DNA from: an uncultured Nitrospinaceae bacterium
Lineage (GTDB): Bacteria > UBA8248
Direction: 5' to 3'
Assembly: GCA_964005815.1 (NCBI GenBank)
Contig: CAXFSR010000019.1
Span: 1-15,342 of the forward strand
Length of the DNA: 15,342 nt
Shown: positions 8,883 through 15,342 of the stretch, in pieces
How the letters are laid out: each line of letters starts with the position of its first letter
Position numbering within the stretch: the stretch's first letter is position 1
Position numbers and translations under genes: made by a program
The notes under the pieces: generated by a model
Seen by the model: only the letters and a program-made list of their open reading frames with translations
Database searches by the model: none
What the model was told of the DNA's origin: nothing

Positions 8883-8901
8883 ATTTTAATTGAGGGCAAG
8901 T

Positions 8902-10014
8902 ATGAAAAAACCAATTAGACCAATTCCAAAATTTGACTGGTTTATACCTATAGATGGGGATGGAAGTCATATTGGAACCGAGGTTGCTGAGAGACCGCCA
9001 ACTTTCGATTATCTGCGTGAAGTAGTACAGGCTGCAGAGAGAAATGGTTTTTATTCAATGTTAATTCCTACCAGATTTGCAAATGGGCTCTTTGATGAAA
9101 GGGCTCCATTGTCTGAGACTTGGACGATGGTTACTGCACTTGCAGCAGTAACTTCGAAAATCCGATTTTTGATAGCGGTTCGTCCAGGGTTTATTAATAC
9201 AGGACTTTTTTCTCAAATGGCTTCTACTCTTAGCCAGATTTCTAATGGAAGAATAGATTTGAATGTTGTGCCTGGGGGTATTAAGGGTGAGTTTGAGAAA
9301 ATGGGAGAAAATATAGACCATGACACAAGATACGAAAGAGCAGAGGAATTTATTGCTGCTCTAAGAAAGCTTTGGGAGAGTCCAGAATCTATTGATTTTA
9401 AGGGGGAGCATATTCGGTTGAATAATGTTCACTGTTCTCCTGGTCCTTTGAATGATATTCAGTTTTATCTAGGAGGAGCATCTCCCGCTGCCCTTAAACT
9501 AGCTGGTTCACAATCTGATGTTTATTTGGGTTGGATTTCAAAATTAGATGAGGTTAGGAAACATCTTGAAAGAGCAAGAAAATCCTTTTCTGATTTTGGA
9601 AGAAATCCAAGCTTTGGTCTTCGTACACATATCATTATGAGAAATGTAGAAGAAGATGCATGGGCTGAGGCTAGCGAGTTACTTTCTCAAGCATCGAATA
9701 GTGTGAAGAAACAAAGAACATCACTTGTTTCTGGGACAACTATGGTTGGAGCGGCAGAACAAGCTAGAGAGTTTGAAGATTATAAGGTAGATACTCATCT
9801 TTGGAATGGTATTTCAACGGTTAGAGTTAACTGTGGTTCTGCTCTTGTTGGAAACCCAGAACAAATTGCAAATGAGTTACTTTTGTACTGGAAATTGGGA
9901 ATAGATGAATTTATTCTATCTGGATATCCTCATTTAGAGGAATGTGATCGAATTGCGGATGACCTTATTCCTAGAGTTCATGAATTGATAGAATCTGAAA
10001 GAAGAAAATCATAA
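8902..10014 (+). CDS. LLM-class flavin-dependent monooxygenase, SsuD/alkanesulfonate monooxygenase-like
   Basis: WFIP.DGDG, FLIAVRPG, SNGRIDLNVV, YLGGASPAA, FGLRTH, ALVGNP and FILSGYPHLEE. ATG at 8902 follows GAGG, preferred over TTG 8890. Confidence 0.9.
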   Translation: MKKPIRPIPKFDWFIPIDGDGSHIGTEVAERPPTFDYLREVVQAAERNGFYSMLIPTRFANGLFDERAPLSETWTMVTALAAVTSKIRFLIAVRPGFINTGLFSQMASTLSQISNGRIDLNVVPGGIKGEFEKMGENIDHDTRYERAEEFIAALRKLWESPESIDFKGEHIRLNNVHCSPGPLNDIQFYLGGASPAALKLAGSQSDVYLGWISKLDEVRKHLERARKSFSDFGRNPSFGLRTHIIMRNVEEDAWAEASELLSQASNSVKKQRTSLVSGTTMVGAAEQAREFEDYKVDTHLWNGISTVRVNCGSALVGNPEQIANELLLYWKLGIDEFILSGYPHLEECDRIADDLIPRVHELIESERRKS

Positions 10015-10033
10015 TTGTTTCAGGGAGTAAAAT

Positions 10034-11017
10034 ATGCGAGCAATTTGGTATGAAAAATATGGTCCTGCGGACGAGGTCCTCATTTATGGAGAGTTAGAAA
10101 AACCTGAAGTAGGTCCAGATGAAGTAAGAATTAGGTTGCATGCTTCTGGTGCGAATCCTTCTGATTTTAAGGCTCGTTTAGGCGGTAGAGGAGAAATGGT
10201 TTGGCCTAAAATTATCCCACATAGTGATGGTGCTGGGGTTGTAGACAAAGTTGGTTCGAGCGTTGGTTCCTTTGCCGAAGGAGATCGTGTTTGGGTCTTT
10301 AATGCACAATGGCAAAGGCCAATGGGTACTGCATGCGAGTTCGTTGTACTTCCCGAGAGACAAGTGGTTCCACTCCCTGAAAATGTTTCATTTGAAGAAG
10401 GCGCATGTCTAGCAATACCTGCGATGACCGCACATTTAGGTCTTTTTCTTGGTCGATCTCTTAAGGATAAAGTTGTCTTGGTGATTGGAGGTGCGGGTGC
10501 AGTAGGAAATTATGGAATTCAACTTGCTAAATGGGCTGGAGCAAAAGTTATAACAACAATCAGTTCTGATGAAAAAGCTGCTATTGCTTTAAAGGTAGGT
10601 GCAGACGATGTAGTGAATTATAAAAATAATCCGACTATTACAGAAGAAATTTTAGATATGACATCTGGGCAGGGAGTAGATCAAATTTTAGACGTTGATT
10701 TCGGAGAAAATTTGCCTGTAACTAAACAAGTTTTAAAAGAGAATGGTGTTATTGCGGCGTATGGTTCTACTAGAGTTCCAGAGCCAGAATTTGCTTGGTA
10801 TGACATGATGCGGAAAAATTATACGATAAGAATGATTTATATGTATTCAGTTCCTGACAGAGATGCTTTGAAGGCATGTGAAGATATTGTCCGATCTTGC
10901 GAAGAATACCCTCTTGTTCATCAAATTGGATCAGTTTTTCCTTTGGAAGATACAGTTTCTGCACATAAGAAAATGGAAAAATTCGAGAATACAGGAAATG
11001 TGGTAGTTAAAATCTAG
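10034..11017 (+). CDS. Zinc-independent MDR-family NADPH:quinone oxidoreductase (zeta-crystallin/Qor-like)
   Basis: GANPSD, IPHSDGAGVV, GDRVW and GGAGAVG nucleotide-binding motif, with no Zn-ligand motifs. AGGGAG RBS. Confidence 0.9.
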   Translation: MRAIWYEKYGPADEVLIYGELEKPEVGPDEVRIRLHASGANPSDFKARLGGRGEMVWPKIIPHSDGAGVVDKVGSSVGSFAEGDRVWVFNAQWQRPMGTACEFVVLPERQVVPLPENVSFEEGACLAIPAMTAHLGLFLGRSLKDKVVLVIGGAGAVGNYGIQLAKWAGAKVITTISSDEKAAIALKVGADDVVNYKNNPTITEEILDMTSGQGVDQILDVDFGENLPVTKQVLKENGVIAAYGSTRVPEPEFAWYDMMRKNYTIRMIYMYSVPDRDALKACEDIVRSCEEYPLVHQIGSVFPLEDTVSAHKKMEKFENTGNVVVKI

Positions 11018-11024
11018 AAAATTT

Positions 11025-11354
11025 TTAGTATCTTGGAATATTTGGATCAATCTCATTAGCCCATGCTTCTATTCCACCTTGCATATTTTTTACATCATAA
11101 AAGTCGAGTTGTCTAAGAAATTGAGTAACCATCGCACTTCTCTGTCCGTGATGACAGAAAACAACTATAGGAATATCATCATCCAAAAGGTTGATCTTAG
11201 AGGGAACATCACCCATCGGAATATGCATAGAGTTTGAAATTTTAGCAATTTCTAATTCTTCATCCTCACGAACGTCAAGAAAAATAAATTCCTCTCCCTT
11301 GTCGCGTAAAGATTGAACTTCAGAAGGCTGAATATTAAAAGTATCCTGTTCCAT
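11025..11354 (-). CDS. Single-domain rhodanese/sulfurtransferase
   Basis: LDVRE..E, active-site loop VFCHHGQRS, and C-terminal GGIEAW...IDP.IPRY resembling the MoeZ/MOCS3-type rhodanese domain. Confidence 0.9.
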   Translation of the reverse strand: MEQDTFNIQPSEVQSLRDKGEEFIFLDVREDEELEIAKISNSMHIPMGDVPSKINLLDDDIPIVVFCHHGQRSAMVTQFLRQLDFYDVKNMQGGIEAWANEIDPNIPRY

Positions 11355-11385
11355 TGTGTCCAGAAAAAATATTTAATTACCGAAT

Positions 11386-13173
<1,788 letters not shown>

Positions 13174-13221
13174 TTAGATTTCATAAAAGAGGACAAAAGG
13201 GGAGGGAAGTCCAATGATGGA

Positions 13222-13295
13222 TTCGCTTCCCTACGCCGGCATTGTCCGGTTCAGGTTTCAAGGGTATTTTCTCAGCCCGTGGCACCCCCAGCGAA
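13222..13295 (-). ncRNA. TPP (THI-box) riboswitch aptamer
   Basis: Minus strand reads TTCGCT-GGGGGTGCC-ACGG-GCTGAGA-AAATACCCTTGAAACCTGA-ACCGG-ACAAT-GCCGG-CGTAGGGA-AGCGAA. It has the conserved GCTGAGA, ACCTGA and CGTAGGGA elements, P1 TTCGCT/AGCGAA and P5 CCGG/CCGG, and lies directly upstream of thiC. Confidence 0.96.
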
Positions 13296-13307
13296 ACTAC
13301 AAGACAA

Positions 13308-13336
13308 ACTTTACCAATCAATCGCTTCAAGGTCAA
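13308..13336 (-). promoter_or_regulatory. Putative sigma70 promoter for the riboswitch-thiC transcript
   Basis: Minus strand TTGACC (13336-13331), 17-nt spacer ending TGG (extended -10), then TAAAGT (13313-13308). Predicted start near 13301, just 5' of the aptamer. Confidence 0.65.
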
Positions 13337-13478
13337 AGTACATTCTTACTAAGGATTTATTTTTTAAGTTGAACTGAAATTTTTATTTTAAACTCTATTG
13401 TAGTAGTCTTCTTATTTCTTGTATCTTTTTCCGTAGAGTTTTGGTTTTTTTTATTGTTTTTTTGAGGAACAAGAAATT

Positions 13479-15342
13479 ATGCGCTTAAGTTTTAATCGTT
13501 TGAAAAGATTTTTTCTATGTTTATTCCTCTTTTCTTTTGTAAGTGTTGGATTTTATCCATCTATTGTTTACTCATTAAATTATACTAGTTCAATTGAAGT
13601 CCTTAGTAAAAAAGTACATACCTATTATCCTCATGTCCAAGGTTCAATTGTTGCAATAAAAGGAGCCGATCTTTATTTAAGTATTGGTTCTAGAAATAGA
13701 GTTGTGAAAGGGTTAACGATAGGAGTTTTTCGGGAGGGGAAAGTTTTTAAACATCCTATTACAGGAGAGTCCCTCGGGTCGTTAGAAAAAAATGTTGCAG
13801 AAATCAAGATAGTTGAAGTGAGAGAGAAATTTTCTATTGCAAGAGTGACCCGTTTGGCTCCCGGAAGCGAACTCATGCCTAGAGTAAAAGACAAAGTTCG
13901 AGCTTCTTCTGCAAAGATTAGAATTGCGGTTCTCCCTTTTGCAAATCTTACAGACGAACCTTATAGCGCGGATTTATTAACTAGAGAACTTGGCAAATCG
14001 CTCTCGAAAAAGGGAAGATTTGATGTTTTCGATATAGATCAGTTAGAAGTGTGGCTATTGAAAAATGGGATTCCCGAAGATAAAATTTTAGAAGGGAAAA
14101 ATTCTATTTCTTTGAGAAACGAAGTTCGATCAGATTTCGCGATAGCAAGTGAAATTGTCGATGTGAAGGGAAAAACTTTTCTGAAGAGTAAAATTATTTC
14201 TCTTAGTAGCAGACGTGTTCTGTTTGAAGCTATCTCTTCTGTAAGTAAATTGCCCTATGCGGAAGGAGTCCCGAAGAAAGGAACTTTGAAAAGAGGAAAA
14301 AGAAGAAGAGGATTCTTTGCTTTTGGTGGAAATTTCCAACGATCAACTTCCGGTCTTCCCGGAGTGTCAATGATGGGCGGGGTAAAAGCTTTCCATTTTG
14401 ACAAATTAGGTGTGAGAGGTGTGGTTGCAACGGATTTAGATAAAGATGGAAAAAACGAGCTGTTAATTTTAACTTCTACACAATTAATAGCATTTCAAAT
14501 TCTAAATAACAAAATTCGTGAGTTGTTCCGTTATGATGCTGGTGTAGGAAATGATTTTCGTTGGATTGATGCAGCGGATTTGAATTCAAATGGGAAACCT
14601 GAAATTTATTTAGCGACTTATGAACATGATAATCTTACCTCTCTGGTATTTGAAGTAAAACAAAAAAAGTTTGTGAAAATATTTTCCAAAAGAAACGTTT
14701 TTTTCCGTGTTTTGAAAACGAGGAAGAAAGGCCCTTCTTCAAAGGATAAGGATGTTTCTTTGCTGTTAGGGCAATCCCAAGGTTTTGATGAACCATTTAC
14801 CGGTCCTATCAGGAGATATGCATGGTCTAAGGATAAGATTGTTGAAATATCTTCTTATAAATTGCCAGAAGATTATGAGATTCTTGGATTTTCTCTATGG
14901 GATATCGACAGAGACGGAAAATTAAATGTAATTGAGATCGGAAAAGATGACAAACTCCGTGTGCGAAGTAGATCGGGCAGTGTTTTTTATAAAAGTGCAG
15001 AATATTATGGTGGTCCGGTACATCGTTTCCATTCTAATGAAGATAGAAGAACTTCGACTACTATTTCAGAGTACGATATTTTGATTCGTTCCAGAATAAA
15101 GATTGAAGATACAGATGAGGATGGAATAGAGGAAGTGCTCGTTATCGCGAATCAATATTCCGGTACGCGTATAGCTCCTGGTCTTGGAATTTCTGGTGGA
15201 CAGATAGTAAGTATGGTTTGGGATGGTAGTGGTCTAAATGAATTCTGGAGGTCAAAAAAACTTTCTCAGGGAGTAGTAGATTTTGAAGTCGCAGATGGAG
15301 ATAATGATGGAAAAAAGGATTTGATTCTTGTTACTACTGATA
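13479..15342 (+). CDS. Secreted FG-GAP/VCBS-repeat protein with N-terminal FlgT-C-like and CsgG/TolB-N-like segments, 3'-truncated by the window edge
   Basis: Manual translation from ATG 13479 (GAGG upstream) finds no stop to the window end. Begins MRLSFNRLKRFFLCLFLFSFVSVGFYPSIVYS (signal-peptide-like), then FKHPITGESLG and RIAVLPFAN. Repeats DLDKDGKNE (14433), DLNSNGKPE (14577), DIDRDGK (14901), DTDEDGIEE (15108), DGDNDGKKD (15294). Confidence 0.85.
   Translation, partial: MRLSFNRLKRFFLCLFLFSFVSVGFYPSIVYSLNYTSSIEVLSKKVHTYYPHVQGSIVAIKGADLYLSIGSRNRVVKGLTIGVFREGKVFKHPITGESLGSLEKNVAEIKIVEVREKFSIARVTRLAPGSELMPRVKDKVRASSAKIRIAVLPFANLTDEPYSADLLTRELGKSLSKKGRFDVFDIDQLEVWLLKNGIPEDKILEGKNSISLRNEVRSDFAIASEIVDVKGKTFLKSKIISLSSRRVLFEAISSVSKLPYAEGVPKKGTLKRGKRRRGFFAFGGNFQRSTSGLPGVSMMGGVKAFHFDKLGVRGVVATDLDKDGKNELLILTSTQLIAFQILNNKIRELFRYDAGVGNDFRWIDAADLNSNGKPEIYLATYEHDNLTSLVFEVKQKKFVKIFSKRNVFFRVLKTRKKGPSSKDKDVSLLLGQSQGFDEPFTGPIRRYAWSKDKIVEISSYKLPEDYEILGFSLWDIDRDGKLNVIEIGKDDKLRVRSRSGSVFYKSAEYYGGPVHRFHSNEDRRTSTTISEYDILIRSRIKIEDTDEDGIEEVLVIANQYSGTRIAPGLGISGGQIVSMVWDGSGLNEFWRSKKLSQGVVDFEVADGDNDGKKDLILVTTD

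Noticed and set aside
4800..10014. Assigning the gene symbols leuC, leuD and ssuD
   Set aside because: Family membership is clear, but motif deviations and missing pathway partners make orthology uncertain.
13390..13463. Inverted repeat AAACTCTA/TAGAGTTT followed by T-rich runs, as a possible terminator or attenuator
   Set aside because: The stem is only 8 bp and AT-rich with a 36-nt loop, which is not a credible intrinsic terminator.
13673..14430. Minus-strand ORFs 13673-13894, 14130-14339 and 14230-14430
   Set aside because: Shadows of the long plus-strand ORF starting at 13479.

Overview
AT-rich bacterial chromosomal window (roughly mid-30s % GC by eye), densely coding, with no mobile element, CRISPR, rRNA or tRNA seen. 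From left to right it holds: (1) a translationally coupled heme operon hemE(partial)-hemH-hemY, whose ferrochelatase carries an unusual N-terminal CC-x5-C-x5-C insert; (2) a 166-aa hypothetical gene; (3) a minus-strand NapG/MauM-type polyferredoxin coupled to a DCC1/DUF393 thiol-disulfide protein; (4) a run of catabolic-type enzymes: divergent LeuC/LeuD-like hydratase, FAH-family protein, HpcH/HpaI aldolase, VOC protein, SsuD-like flavin monooxygenase and MDR quinone reductase; (5) thiC plus a single-domain rhodanese, preceded by a sigma70-like promoter and a clear TPP riboswitch; (6) a >=621-codon secreted FG-GAP/VCBS-repeat protein running off the right edge, which the ORF track missed. Family calls rest on motif recognition only; no searches were run.
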